From Adineta vaga (Eukaryota; Animalia; Rotifera): 64,000 nucleotides of DNA. The stretch's first letter is position 1. Each line of letters begins with the position of its first letter. Under the pieces are notes generated by a model. The model saw only the letters and a list, made by a program, of their open reading frames with translations. It did no database searches and was not told the origin of the DNA. Of this stretch, positions 49,345-63,070 are shown piece after piece. The position numbers and the translations under genes were made by a program. The DNA lies in the NCBI GenBank assembly GCA_021613535.1, contig CP075492.1, positions 558,001-622,000 on the forward strand. The letters run 5' to 3'.

Positions 49345-50747
49345 TTAAGAAAAATGTAAAATAGTTTGCATTAACGGTGCAACTTTATCCTTAGTATTCG
49401 TTATTGAATATTGATGTTGAAAAAATTGTCGTAGTTCTTTTGTTCCTAATTGAATTCTTAAAATCAATATAAATAATTGAATAAAATATTTATAAGCTTG
49501 TAATTCATCCAATTTATCAAGTAAATAATTCCAGAGTATTTTAGTAAAATAACATTGAATTCGATTAATAGCTAATGGATCTTTCAATAATGGTTCATTT
49601 TCATTCATCGATATACCTGGTGAAAACATTAATATTATTGAAAGAAGAGATAGAATTATTGAATCTCGTTCAGTTAATTCTATTAGATACTTAATTAAAT
49701 TTTCCAATTTATCTAAATTGTACGATAAAGTATCACATAAACTAAAAAATCGACGATTATTTTCATCTTCTTTTTGCCAGACTTCAATTGAACAACAATG
49801 AGATATACGTTTATAATAATAACCTTTTGATGAAAGAAATATCGATAAAAGATTAAACTTAATTAAAATAAAACGATCATCATTATTTAAATCTTCAAAT
49901 TGTTTCATATGACGAAAAAATTTAATAAAACGCATTGCATTTTCACTTCCTATATATGACCAAGATATAAGAGCTGAAGAATGATTAGATAAATCCATTA
50001 GAGTAAAATTTTCTTCTATTGGAATTTCACAAAAGAATTTAAATGAGGATTGAATATTTTGAATTGTAATCCAATCTTCAATAGATAATCGAGAAAATAA
50101 TGTATTATTAATTATATTTGAATCAATTTCATTGGATGATGATAATGAGATACTTAAATTTTCTTCAATATCTTTACTTTTTTTATTAGTTTTCATTCCC
50201 ATTGAAAAACATCGTTTTAATCGACATTTCTGACATTTTCGACGTATTTTATGCGAAACTGAACATTGTTCTTGATCCATTAAACATTGCAGTTTTTCCT
50301 AAATAAAAAACAAAACTCATTAGAATTTCTAAGAAAATTACTCGAACTTGAACTAACCACATCTTCATTAAGATTTCGTCGAAAAAACGTTTTACATGAA
50401 GCACATGTAAGAACATTATAATTATATCCAATACCTTGACCACCACAAATTGTACAAACAGTATCAATCCATTTTTTTCTTACTTTCATTGCATTTTTTC
50501 CATTGTTATTATTTGATTCCGATACATGTTTAGTTACTTGATTATCATTAAGTGATTTCTAAATAATAGACAATTGAATTTTTTAATTCAGTATCAATTA
50601 AATACATACAATGTTCGACAATAAGTGATGATGATTTTCTGTTGAATTAATTAGTTGTTTACCATCTAAATTAGTTTTATTTGATACAAAACGTTGAAGA
50701 ATATCTTTGTCTGATGTTATAATTATTATTTTTGTATTCTTATTCAT
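49345..50747 (-). CDS. Nuclear receptor, NR1J/HR96 (or NR1I)-like, 3 exons
   Basis: C4 fingers CTICGGQGIGYNYNVLTCASCKTFFRRN and C...C......RRKCQKCRLKRCFSMGM; LBD signature FIKFFRHMKQFEDLNNDDRFILIK; terminal APLMQTIL. ATG at 50747; introns ~50609-50559 and ~50357-50299. Confidence 0.88.
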
Positions 50748-52175
50748 TGTTTAACGATAGCTACTCCTTTTATAAAAGAAAAAAAACGTTAAGAAAATCA
50801 ATTAGAAATAAAATGTGTATTCTCCGTTGGTATTTTGTTTAATAATGAATCATTGACAATATTCAAATTCTATTCGTTAGAACTTATTACCAATAATAAT
50901 GAAGAAAAAAAAATATCTCTTTATGATAATCGAACAAATACAATAACATTATTTTAGAATAGATATTTCTCTTATCTTTATAAATGTTGGATTTATGTGA
51001 ACAATATATTTAAAGAAAAATTGTATTTAAATTCGTTTAAATTTGAAATTTTCACTCATTTATACAAAATCTAAATAATAATAATTGTTTGTCTATGAAT
51101 GTACAGTATGTTAAACTTTTCTTTTTCTTTTAATACCAATAATAACATTGGAAATTCATTTTTAACAAGTAATTAATATATTCTATCATATATTAACGTC
51201 AACAGATGACACTTGTTGTCGCTAACTGATTTCTTTTTCTTTCCTGTCGATAATCTTCTTTTTACGTCATTTTATTGCGTCGTTAATTTTCCGCTCTGTT
51301 TCTCTTATTGTTTTAGTTTACATCTTAGTTATTCTCTTTTATGCTTTTCCATTGTCCACTTACTGATGACATCAATGAAGATATTGATACTCACGAGCAT
51401 ATCATTTATCATTATACGATAGAATATTTTATTTTACTACGTGAATTTTTCTTTCATTATAGGACAGGTCTCATTGTTTGGCTTTCTTTGTTTTGGAGAT
51501 TATAGTCAGCGTCATTACATAGATCCTTACAGTTCTGAATTTAATGTTAATTTCATACGTGATGTATATTATATGGAGATCTAATTTATTGGTGTAAAGA
51601 TAAACATCTTTGTTTGATTATCTGAATCATGCAAAGATGAATATACTTTGTATATTAAATGAATTGGATTTTATTTTTCTAGTCAGGAATGAAAATCTTA
51701 TCTTAGTTTTATATTAAAATTCATCGAGATTTATTCTGAAGCATAACAGATGCACTTATCTTTCTATGTAATTTATAATATAGTGGATCATAGTGAAGAA
51801 GAATTCAATCAATACTGATCAAAACTGCTATAGTCTGCTGTTTTATAGAATGCAGTTCGTCTTATTTGTTTTTGTTTTTGTTTTTATCTTCAATTGAGTT
51901 GTAAGCTTTTATTTGATTTCTTTTCATTTTAAATCAAATTTGAACACATCTATTCAACAGCTATCATAATTTTCTAAATAGAAAATATGATATGGATATA
52001 AGCGTATAGGTCTCAGCTAATTGATTCTAAAACTACGGAAAAATGACAGATGCTTATTGAGTAAAAAAATTGAAGGGTATGGTTTAGTCAGTTTTGTATT
52101 TGTTTTTGTTTTCTTATATAAATGAAATAACTTGTTTGAAAGTTTTCTATCTCTTCTTATAATTTCTGTATCTGA

Positions 52176-52811
52176 ATGTTTTTTTCAATGATAGAAGTCA
52201 TATCTTCTAACAAAATAGGTATATTCAGAAGATTACAAAATTATTTCAATAAAATCAATCTTTACGACGATAATGAAAACATGTCTCTCATCCTTGATCA
52301 GTTATTCGCAATACGTTTATTTCTGTTTTTCCTATTCATCACATTTACTCTTCAAACATAATATGTCACTATTTATTCACCATCTCAAATTATCTTTGAA
52401 AAACTTTCTCTTCACTATCCAAGTACATCATCATGTTCATGTTCACAAACATCGATTCGTCATGAACAATTTCTTTCATTTCATCTGTGTTATAAATCTG
52501 ATTATCATACAATAGCAACATCTCATTTTCAAATTCTTGCTTTACTTTGTCGAACAATTCAGCAAATGATCGTTGATTCACTTCGTCAATTTTCTTTTCA
52601 ATATCTAATTCCTACTGAAGTTATATCCAAGGAAATATTTAATATTCAACTCGATTATCTTATTGAACAATTAAAAACAATAAATATTGTTAATATGAAA
52701 TATACAAGTTATTTTCTAGGATTAAATATTTTTCGGAATGGAATCTATTCCGGGCTGAGAACAAGTTATAGATTTCTATATTTATATGATGAAACAAAGT
52801 CAATGCATTGA
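52176..52811 (+). pseudogene. Heavily decayed member of the Cys-rich membrane family
   Basis: KINLYDD...QLFAIRLFLF, SCSCSQTSI, SHFQILALLC...SLRQF spread over three frames. Confidence 0.7.
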
Positions 52812-55799
52812 TCAGGATCATAAAATGTTTTGTTTTGTCAAAATCAATGTCGACTTTGTCATCCACTAGTTGTGACGCATAGAACTGCTCTAATTCTTCT
52901 CCGACTTCAAATCTTTCGTTCAGATGTACTTGCAAAAACTGTTTATTGCTATACGTTATTTATTTTGCGAAATCAATTGATAAAGGTATAAATCATTTCT
53001 TATTATTGTATTCCATATCAATAATGCTGGTATAATATTGAATATAGAAGATCTAATAATCACCGATCATTATTACTTACAGATGAATTCTATTTTAAAT
53101 TGAATAATTTAACGAATATATTAGATATTTTCTATATTCGTTATCTACTTGCGATAGTTCCTTCGAAGCATTGTAAAAATTCAACACACGATTATACTTT
53201 AGCGGTGAATGATGATATATCTCCATGAAATGTGAACGTTCTCGTTCTGCTCTTGCTTTCATAGCATGTACGATGGACTGTAAGAGAAAATTTTGATAGC
53301 TCTACTGCTGTATTATACTCCGTCATTTATATGATGTTCCTAAAGGAATCGATTATTTGTTGTTATTCTCCACTATCTTACCATCCCATTGACTTAGAAA
53401 TTCCGGCAAAAAAGCTTTTTTCAAAAGAACTACTACGGTACACTGATTTGTTTAGATTCAAAAATGCAGAAAAATGTTTTAGTTCTTTTCTTGCCATTCC
53501 TTTTTTTGAATCAAGTCAATCTCCGTATGTTACACTGAGTTTCGATCGAATATAATGCTCGTAATTGAAATGAATCTTACGTAAAGAATAGCCTTTTGCA
53601 TTGTTTCTACCTATGTGTAAGTGTTAGAAAAAGATTTTGTATTCGTATACACTTCCAGTTGATATCACAAAATAATCATCCGATAACATTATTTTCATTT
53701 TATTCTATCTTACACATTCAGATAAGAATGCAACAAAATAATTTTCGAAGTAATCTACCTTAATTCTTTGCATAGAATAAAACAACTCTCTATTTATCTT
53801 TCTGAAGAACAGAGAAATAGCGTATAAATCGTAAATTTGTTACGAATTATAAACTTTTACTCGGGTTTTGTAGTTCATCTTTGCGCATATATGTAGCGGA
53901 CTACGATAGGAATAATACATTTTGTAATGCACTGGAGTGAAGTTCGTGTACTTGGAATAGTCGAACCGAGTTCTCGAATTCTATACTGCTCGACTTGTGT
54001 GAACAATTTATTATGATTGTTTCCTTTGATGTCTTTAGTTGGGTTGCAAAATTTTCCGATTCAAATGCATCTACTTGTCATGACCAAGTAGATACGAGAT
54101 ATTTTGATGACTACGTCTTTTATACCTTCCAAGAGAGAGTAAGCTCAATAAGTAATGATGCTATACAACCGCGCTTGTTGATTGTTTGTTAGACAATGGT
54201 CTAGAATTTATTGCTGTGTCGGAGTATGGTTTAATAGCAAGAGAATGTGTCACTAGTAAGTAAATTGTCAATGGTTTAAACAAAAATGCTGTTAGCAGCT
54301 GTTTCTGTCAATCAATGGGTATAAATGCAGCATTTCGACAATATATTGTCTTTGTTGGATGTCTTGATCGACTATAAGGATAGCCAAGAGAACCTTTTAT
54401 ATTTGATTTCTTCGAAATGGTTGTAGTAAATTGATTGACAATATTCAGTAAAAAAGATATTAGTCGATTCTTTTTCGTGTCATTTTATTCAAATAATGTC
54501 TGAATCGAATTTTGAAGAGACTCTTGAACAATGAAACCTTATAATGTGAACGTATGTCAAATTAATTTTCCTACTCGTCCATGCATCGTCGCTCTCCAAA
54601 TACTTCGAAAGAGAATTGATCGTCTTTCTTTTTTAGATGTCGATTTGTAGAATAACAGCCGCTAATTGATAAACTAAACATAAACTTAATTCTCGATACA
54701 CGTACAAAGACGAGAACTTATCGTGTCATAGAAAGTCTTTCTATGGTCAGAATTTGTGCAATGAATTTTCTCGTTGAATAGCAACTTTTACTATACATTT
54801 GTTTTTCTCATTAAGAGCACAATTTCTATTTGAATAAAAAACGAGAAAATTACGGTTCATAGTTTATGTTATGTTATATATTTCAAAATGTAAAAGTGAA
54901 AATTTTGAAATAGATAAATGAATTGGATAATAGGTATTTTTATTTGATAAGTGTATTGAATAAAGACGATTTTGAACTGTTTTATCACTTGATAATTTTA
55001 AACAAAATTGTTCACAATGAAATTTGTTTTGAATATTTCGTATAAGAGTAGAGTGAAAGACCGTTCTTTTCTTTCATTTGAATAAGTACATTACATAATA
55101 TCAGAGATCATTTATTGAAATTTACTTTAAACAATTTTGCTACGAATGAAGATATTTACGATTTATCATGACTTCTCAAAAAATAAATACTGTTACTTTT
55201 CATTTATTTTCAACATTTTATGAGATTTATGAAATATTTCATGTCGTGATATTTTTTATGTTCGCCATCAAGTTTTGACGATTTAAAAACATAATAAGAA
55301 TAAACTCAATTGATAGATATATTACATGAGGATGATTTTCAGATAAAAAAAAGACTTTAAAAATATCTAAAACTCGTTCGAAATATGAGAGAGAGAGAGA
55401 GATTTTGGAAATTCTTTGATCTGCTCAGATAATCTACCAATGCTGCAGGAAATAATTATCAAGGAAAGATCTTTTGAAGAAAACGTTTTTCAAATGTTTG
55501 TTTCAATAGTGTTGTCGAAGACTCTTCGACTTTCTCGGTCTATCCTATTTTAAGTAGCAAATGACTTGATCATTGTCATCCTGTATGACATGCCTGTGTG
55601 AGATGAGTTGCTCAATTAAAATTTAAAAAAGACAATCAATTATTAATCAGTTCAATGTTACCAAGTCAAAATAAAGTTTTAAAATGATTTTATATATGTA
55701 TTTGAAGATACGATAAAAATAAATATTAACATTCAGATAATGATGAAATAATTAAATGAGACATTGATAAGATTAATTCTTTTTTTTTTATTAATGATC

Positions 55800-58700
55800 G
55801 TTGCAAACATGTCGATTTTATTGTTCTTTGATTCGATTACGTTTCTTTACAAAACTTTCAGTATTATTAACATAAATTTAATATCTTTGGAAAACTTTTA
55901 TTGCACGTTCAATAGTTACGCAAGCATTTAAGCAATTATTATAATACAGAAAAAGCTTTAAAATTGGTTCAATAATGATACAAACAATACGAAGAATATC
56001 AAATCAAAAATAGACGAAAAACATAAAAATTGTCAGAAGAGAAGTGATTGATGATGTCAAAGTAAGATAAAAAGATTATTGATTAATCCTCCAATAAACA
56101 TAAGAATTATTAAAACAGAACTTATTTGAATTGAATAAAATCGATTTTCACTATCAGATGATAAACTAGTTGTTGTTGAATAAAAATGACATAGATCTTC
56201 AGCTGAATAATTATTAAGTTGTTTAGAATCGAAAAAATGATTAATAGTAACATGATTTTCACCAGATATAAAAATAGTAAAATTTCCTGTTGTATTTGGA
56301 TAATTTGTTGTTACAACTAATATATATTTTGTATTTTCTTGAAGATTAATAAAGAATTTCAATTGATTTTGATTACATTCTTCATTATGTTGAATTATTA
56401 AATTAGTAAATGGTTGTAATGGATCAAAATTATCTTTATAAATGTAACCATAAGTATCTATTTCACTTTTACTCCAAATAATATATAAATCTGTTTTCTT
56501 CACATTGATTTCTAATGTTTCATAATAATAATTGGGATTTTTATAATCTCGACAATATTTTGGATTATTTGTCGTTAATTGAGATGAATAACTCGATTGA
56601 ATATTGACTAATGGAGCTATTTAATTAAAAAGAGAATTTCTTAGATATTATCTATTGATGAAATAATACTTACAAAGACGTGTCACTTTAACATTCTTTA
56701 AAGATGACATATGAATTGTAATATTACCAGTTTCCATTGGATAATGTGTTGTGACAATCAATATGTATATAATATTATTATAAAGAGGAAGTTCTAGTTT
56801 GAATTGATTATCAACTGCTCCGTCATTATCTTTGATAAGAAGATTTTCATTTGGATTAAGTAGATCAAATATATTTTCATAGATAAAAGCAGATGTATCA
56901 ATTTGAGCACTACTCCATATTGAATAATAACGATTTTCAGGTACTTGAACTTGAAATGATTCATAATAATGATTTCCTTTATTACAATCTTGAGAATATA
57001 ATTGACTATCTTTAGTCAATGGTGATGAAAATGTCCTTTCAATAACAGATGACATATCTAAAAATAAATAAATGAAAAGAAAAACATATTTGTATATATT
57101 TTCATTGAAATTTGTACCACAAGAATTTTTTGAATATTCAAATTTTTGTATTCGATTATTTCCAGAATCAACAACAAACATATTTCCAAAACTATCAAAG
57201 GCAAGATCAGATGGAGAGGATAATTCAGTAGATTTGATAGTAATTCCATTGCATCCAACAACACAATGAACACCATTTGTTCCTGAACGAAGAATACGAT
57301 CATTATCGGAATCAACAATAAACAAAAATTGTTGAAAATCTAATGTAATACTAGTTGGACATGCAAGTGGATATTGATGTTGTGCTGATAATGTATCTCC
57401 TACTTCTGTTTTACCAGATATTTTTCCTGATTCAAATCTTTGTATTCGATTATTTCCACAATCTGCTACAAATGTATTGAAATCTGTATCAACATAAATT
57501 TCATGTGGTTTATTTAACGTATCTGAAGTTGATCCTTGATCACCTGTACCAGCTACGGTAATCATTGTTAGAATAACTTCATTCAAGTTTCGTTTTATGA
57601 CTTGATGGTTTTTAGGCATTGAACAATATAGATGATCATCTCGATCGATAAATAATCCAAAACAAGATGAAGAAACAATAGCTTCAGTAGTAAATATTTT
57701 TGTATTCAAGGTCCATTTCTTTATTCGACCATTTATTCCATTATCAATGTAAATATCACCATTTAAAGCAACGAATAGAGAATATGAATCAGAGAAATCA
57801 GAAGGAAGAATTATAGATGATTGAATATTAGATTCATTCCAAATTAAGATTTCTTTTTTCTCTTGATTAAGCGAATAAATTAAATTTTTTTCATTTATAA
57901 AAATACTTGAAGGTTTTAAACCAATTGTTGATTGATCAGTAAAAGTGATTCCATTTCGATTCCAAACAGGTTTTGAACAAAATCTTCGTATATTCAATGG
58001 AAAACCTATATAGACAAGGAGAAATAATTCTTACATAGACATATTTAATGACAAAATCAGACGAATACTTTTTTATTCGTCGGAAATCCGAGATATACAT
58101 CGAGCCTGAGAATATGCTCTATAGTATCAAAAGAATGTCTAAAATTCATGAATTTTCAAAAAACAAAACAATTTATAACATCTATCACACCGCCATGAGT
58201 ATCCCTGTCGTAAATGTCAGATCGATTATTTGTTCTCGAATTCTTATCTTTAGACTCAAAAATAAAATGTAGAATATTTCTCGTAAAACGTATGAAAAAC
58301 TCAATAACATGAATGTTCATGTTCATCTTATTCGTGTTTTCACCATTAATAAAATATAATCTCAATTGATATTTTTCTTTTTAAAAAAAAATCAATGAAA
58401 TCAAGATATAATTTTGATTATTGAGTTTATTCATCACTCAACTTCTCTTTATATTTAATTAAACTGAAAACGTTCGATAAAGTCCTGACAAGAAAAGAAC
58501 TTTTATCAAAATATTGAATTTTGAAAACTTCGATTATGGTTCTTTTGTTTTCTTTATCTCTTTTTCTTATGCATACTTTCAGGACACTTTTTTTCCTTTA
58601 CCAAGTTAAGTATTTCATAATTGAAGTTTTAATATAACTTACCACAAAAATTTTCTAATTGAAATTTCATAATACGACTATTTCCGGTATCAACAACAAA

Positions 58701-59524
58701 TATATTTCCAAAACTATCAAAACTCATTGAAGCTAGAAATGGATCATTATATTGAGAACCATCTCCATAACATCCAATTAAACATCGAAAACCATATGGT
58801 CCTTCTCCAACAAATCGTTGATTATCTTTATCTACAATGAATAAAGATTTCGCAGCATCCAATGTAACTCCAGTAGGCCCACGGAGGCCAATAGTTGGAC
58901 GTGCCGATCGCCAACCAGCGACAGTGATGGCATTTGTTTCTCCAAATGGAAATAATTGAATTCGATTATTCTTAGAATCTGCTACAAATAACTCCAAGTT
59001 AACATCAACAAAGATTCCTTCAGGATGATCAAGCTGATTCGAATCAGATCCAGCTCTATTCATACCAGCAACAACTATCGAATCTGTTGAAGAACTTTTC
59101 AAGTTTTTTTTCACTACTTTCTGTTCAGCGCCCATTGAACAATATAAACTATCGTTGATATCGATAAAGATTTCGGCACATGGGCCTGATGTATTCATGA
59201 CAACGGTAAAAGTATTTGTTTCCGAGATCCATCTCATTATAATACTTTTGGTAAACCCTGTACTAATATAAATATCACGATTCGATGTTACAAATATAGA
59301 TTCAAGATTTCCGAAGTTGGCTGAAATAGTTTGTGTTGGCTTGATACTATTGTTATGCCATATTAAAATTTGTTTCTTGTCGTCACTAATGACATAAATT
59401 GAATTTTTTGTATCAATAAAAACATCATTGGGATTGACACCAACAATCGATTCGTTAGCAAACGTTATTCCATTACGATCCCAAGTTGCTGTATGACAAA
59501 ATTCTGGTTGATTATATGAAACAG
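55800..59524 (-). CDS. Two NHL beta-propellers + two repeated beta-sandwich-like domains + degenerate GPCR-like tail (3' end pseudogenised)
   Basis: Phase-compatible exons ~59524-58641, 58006-57117, 57057-56673, 56614-~56060. NHL motifs FVADSKNNRIQ, FDSFGNIFVVDTGNSRI, FVADCGNNRIQ. Repeated YYE...I.V....Y.IWS...IDT...IY...F unit. Downstream MFIGGLINN and LNACVTIERA remnants are out of frame. First exon not identified. Confidence 0.75.
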
Positions 59525-59819
59525 CTAAAATATATAATAAGAAAAGAGTTTTTCAATGTATCGTAACAATTGTAATAATTTAAGCACATATGTTGAAATA
59601 GGATTATCAAAATACTTAGAGTTATTTTTTATTTAATTGACTGATGATCATTATTGAAATGAAAGTTTAATTATAACATTTATTTTTATTTTTCAGTTGA
59701 CGAGAAGGCGATTCGAGGATTTTTTAAATAGAGTGAAAAACCTGCTTTGATAATTCTCATTTTATATATAGAAATGGATAAAAAAAAAATTCTCTCAACT
59801 ATTATATTACCGCAAATGA

Positions 59820-60242
59820 GCAGCAGCAATTCCGGAATTCCGTATGTATCACCATATCATGGCTTGCTCACATATCAATAGATGAACCAATTCCGGAGTT
59901 GGCCGGAATGACCAGGAAATGCAGGAATTCCCGTCAATTCCTATCGATTCCGGATGTGCACGAATTCCGGAATTCCGTAGCGGAATTCAATCGTGTTTGA
60001 AAGGTTATAAAACTTCGCAAGACAAGACGTGAGGGTGAGGGGAGAGGGTGTGATTCCGTAACGGAATTCCGGAATATGCAGGAATGACCAGGAATTTGCT
60101 GGAGTTGCTTATCATGGGATGCAGGAATTCCTGGTGGTTGCCGCTAACAATCGTTTTAGGTATTCCGGAATCGATGGAAAGTCATTCCGGGTGGGAATGC
60201 AGTACCGGAATGTGTAACTTTTGGGAATAGGGGGCATCCTCT
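59820..60242. repeat. GGAATTCC-rich non-autonomous repeat, interrupted by a telomere-like tract at 60030-60052
   Basis: Many TTCCGGAATTCC/GCAGGAATTCC units; similar in flavour to 14735-14918. Confidence 0.55.
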
Positions 60243-60276
60243 CTAATTGATGATTGTTTAAATTAATATTTAGTTA

Positions 60277-61896
60277 AAAATCGTTTATATCAATTTAAAG
60301 AAAATATTCAAAAACAATTAATTGAATTAAATATTTTTAAAGAATTTTCTAATACGGATAGACAAATACATTTTCAACGTTATGGAACAAGATTGTATTT
60401 ATTTCTTCTCATTAGTTCAATGATAATTATAACAATTTATGTATTTTTACAAAAATCAATTCAATCAAAAACAATTTTTTATCCAACTGAATCACAATTT
60501 CTTCAACTTCAATTTCAACATTCTCGATCACTTTCATGTCCATGTCAATCAATTTCAATATCTGATTTAAATTTTACACAAATTCAACCTGAATATCATC
60601 AATTATGTCGAAGTGATCTGATTTCTCAAAGATGGATTAATTACATGAAACTAAACACTACCTCTGGATATGTTCTTTATGATTATCGAATAATTGGTAC
60701 ACATTATTTCAATTTATTATCGTTATTTTGTATGCAAGCTGAACAAACGATTGTTGATGCTCTTGAAATTTTTCTTCGAAAAGAATTCGTTAGTTCACAA
60801 GTTCTTTCTAAAGAATCATTTGAAAGTCAAATATATTCATCAATTGAAGATTGGAAATTAACAACAACGAATAATTTTAAAAGAACTATTGAATTAATTC
60901 GACAAATTTATCAAGGAAATCAATTGATCAGTGGTATATATACGAGTACTTTTCCAATAGATCATGAGGGAAACGTAAACATAATTCAATGAAGTTCGGA
61001 ACTTTTTAAATCTGACACCTCGATTTCATAAAATATGTTCAAGTGATTTTATAAGTGAAAGATGGATTTTATATTTATATGAGAAAAGAGATAAAAGTAA
61101 ACGACATTCACCCGATGATTTTTATAATTCAGCTATTGGACAATTTCAATTATTATCTTCATTTTATCAATTATCAAAAGAAAAAATTTTTCAATCGATT
61201 TTTCAATTCGAAACAAATGATTTTATCAATAATCAACTAATATCTTCAAAAGTCTTACAAAATCGAATTGAAATAATTATTAATGAATTTCGACAAACAA
61301 TTTGCCAATCATTTGTTAATATTATTTCATTAATTCGAGAAATAATTAGTAGTCATAGATTAATGACTATATATCAAAGTAGTTGGGAATTGGAAAATCA
61401 TGTTACTGTCCCTGCTAACATGTATTTTGCTTTTTTTTCTCGAAATTATAATGAATGTAGTTGTTCATTATCATCAAAATGTGTAATGCCATCACGAGGA
61501 ATGTTAACTGGTTGTTATCCACTTGAATCAATATTTCAAACAACATTAGAATGTTTGTATAATCAATCATGTATTGATTCAACATATATATTCAAATCAA
61601 TAAATATTTCATCATTAGAAACGAGTCATTTTATATTAAATCAAACAATTGAATCACTTGTTAATGAATTAATGATTGAAGAATTAACACCAAATATAAA
61701 TTATAGAAACTATTTCGATGAATGTTCTCCATCATTATGTATTTATTCATACATTGATAAAACGAATTCTATTGAAGGAGTGACAACTTTAATTGGTTTA
61801 TATGGTGGTTTAGTTATTATTTGTCGGTTAATTGCGATTATTATTATCAAAAAAATGTATCGAGCAAATCGAAGAATTAATTCAATAACTAACTAA
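60277..61896 (+). pseudogene. Cys-rich membrane family member with internal deletion and frameshift
   Basis: ELNIF...QRYGTRLYLFLL...LSCPCQSIS...HQLCRSDLISQRW; break at ~60990-61050; second repeat HKICSSDFISERW; C-terminal YFDECSPSLCIYSY...TTLIGLYGGL. Confidence 0.8.
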
Positions 61897-62049
61897 CTAA
61901 TCATGTCATGAATAAATAACTTATTTACGCTTTTTTCTTTTAAATACATATTTATATTAATCACCTTCTATTCTTATTCAATAAATTTTATTTAAATATG
62001 AGGATATAGATATGAGTTTAAATGAGAGAACCCCCAAGACTAGTACTCA

Positions 62050-63070
62050 TTACAAAATGGGATCCGAAAATAATCAATGCTACACAACCATCACCTCCTT
62101 GTCTACCATCAAAAAGTTTGATAAATGAATATTTAGATGGCAGAAGATTGTCTTTATTTAAATATATTCACTGCATTATCAAATAATTTATCATCAAGAA
62201 ATCTTCTTCCAGTGATGATTTATATTTCTGGTGGTGAATTCAATATCGATTAGGTGAATATCACGTAATAATGATATTAAAGGAAATTTTGGAATACTTA
62301 ATAAACGTATGGCTATTGTCTGGGTAATAGATAACATCAATACATTTAGTAATGCTCCCAATCAAGTTTGAACACAATAAAGTTCTTTTCATAGATCACA
62401 TTATATTTGGACAAAGTTATGGTGCACAATCAACTGTTCTTCATTATTTAACATGTTTTTCGATCTCATTCAGTTGATGAAATTATTATTGCTCAAAATA
62501 AAGTAAATCTTCTACTTTCCTTTGAATCATGATTGCCAGTTATTGATAATGATATTGTTCATGGAATACTTATTCATACAATTCCAAATGTATCATTTCT
62601 ACTTAAACCATTTATTATTGGTACATTAACTGATGAATGTTATGATATGATTTATTCGGCTTTGAAAACAAATATGACAGTTGGTCTCTTTGGTAAAATG
62701 CATTAAAAATTCTTGAACATTATCCACCGATAAGTGGAAATGATCAACGATCAAATATCGCTCGAATTGCAACACACTGGATATTTTTTTGTTCAACTCG
62801 TAATCAAATCATTTCACCCAATTGTAAATAACATGCTTGTCATGGAGATGAAGTACCTTATCTTTTTTAATCATTTTGTCAACGTTTTAGTGATATTGGT
62901 CGATATATATCTCAAAGTATGGCTACTTATTGGACAAATTTTGCTAAAAGTGAAAATCCAAATAATTCATTGAGTGTACCTTTATCATGGTCAAAAGTCG
63001 CAAGTGGAAATGAAACTTATATGTTTATTTAAAAGATGAATGTGATTTATGGGATCAAACTGGTTATAAA
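62050..63070 (+). pseudogene. Type-B carboxylesterase pseudogene
   Basis: Fragments in order: EDCLYLNI, LPVMIYISGGEF, GNFGIL, FGQSYGAQS (GxSxG), CHGDEVPYLF, YWTNFAKSENPN; many frameshifts and stops. Confidence 0.85.

Noticed and set aside
53000-54700. Minus-strand coding-like relic, perhaps a Terminon/Athena accessory ORF
   Set aside because: Stops in all frames and no diagnostic motif; needs tBLASTx against a PLE library.
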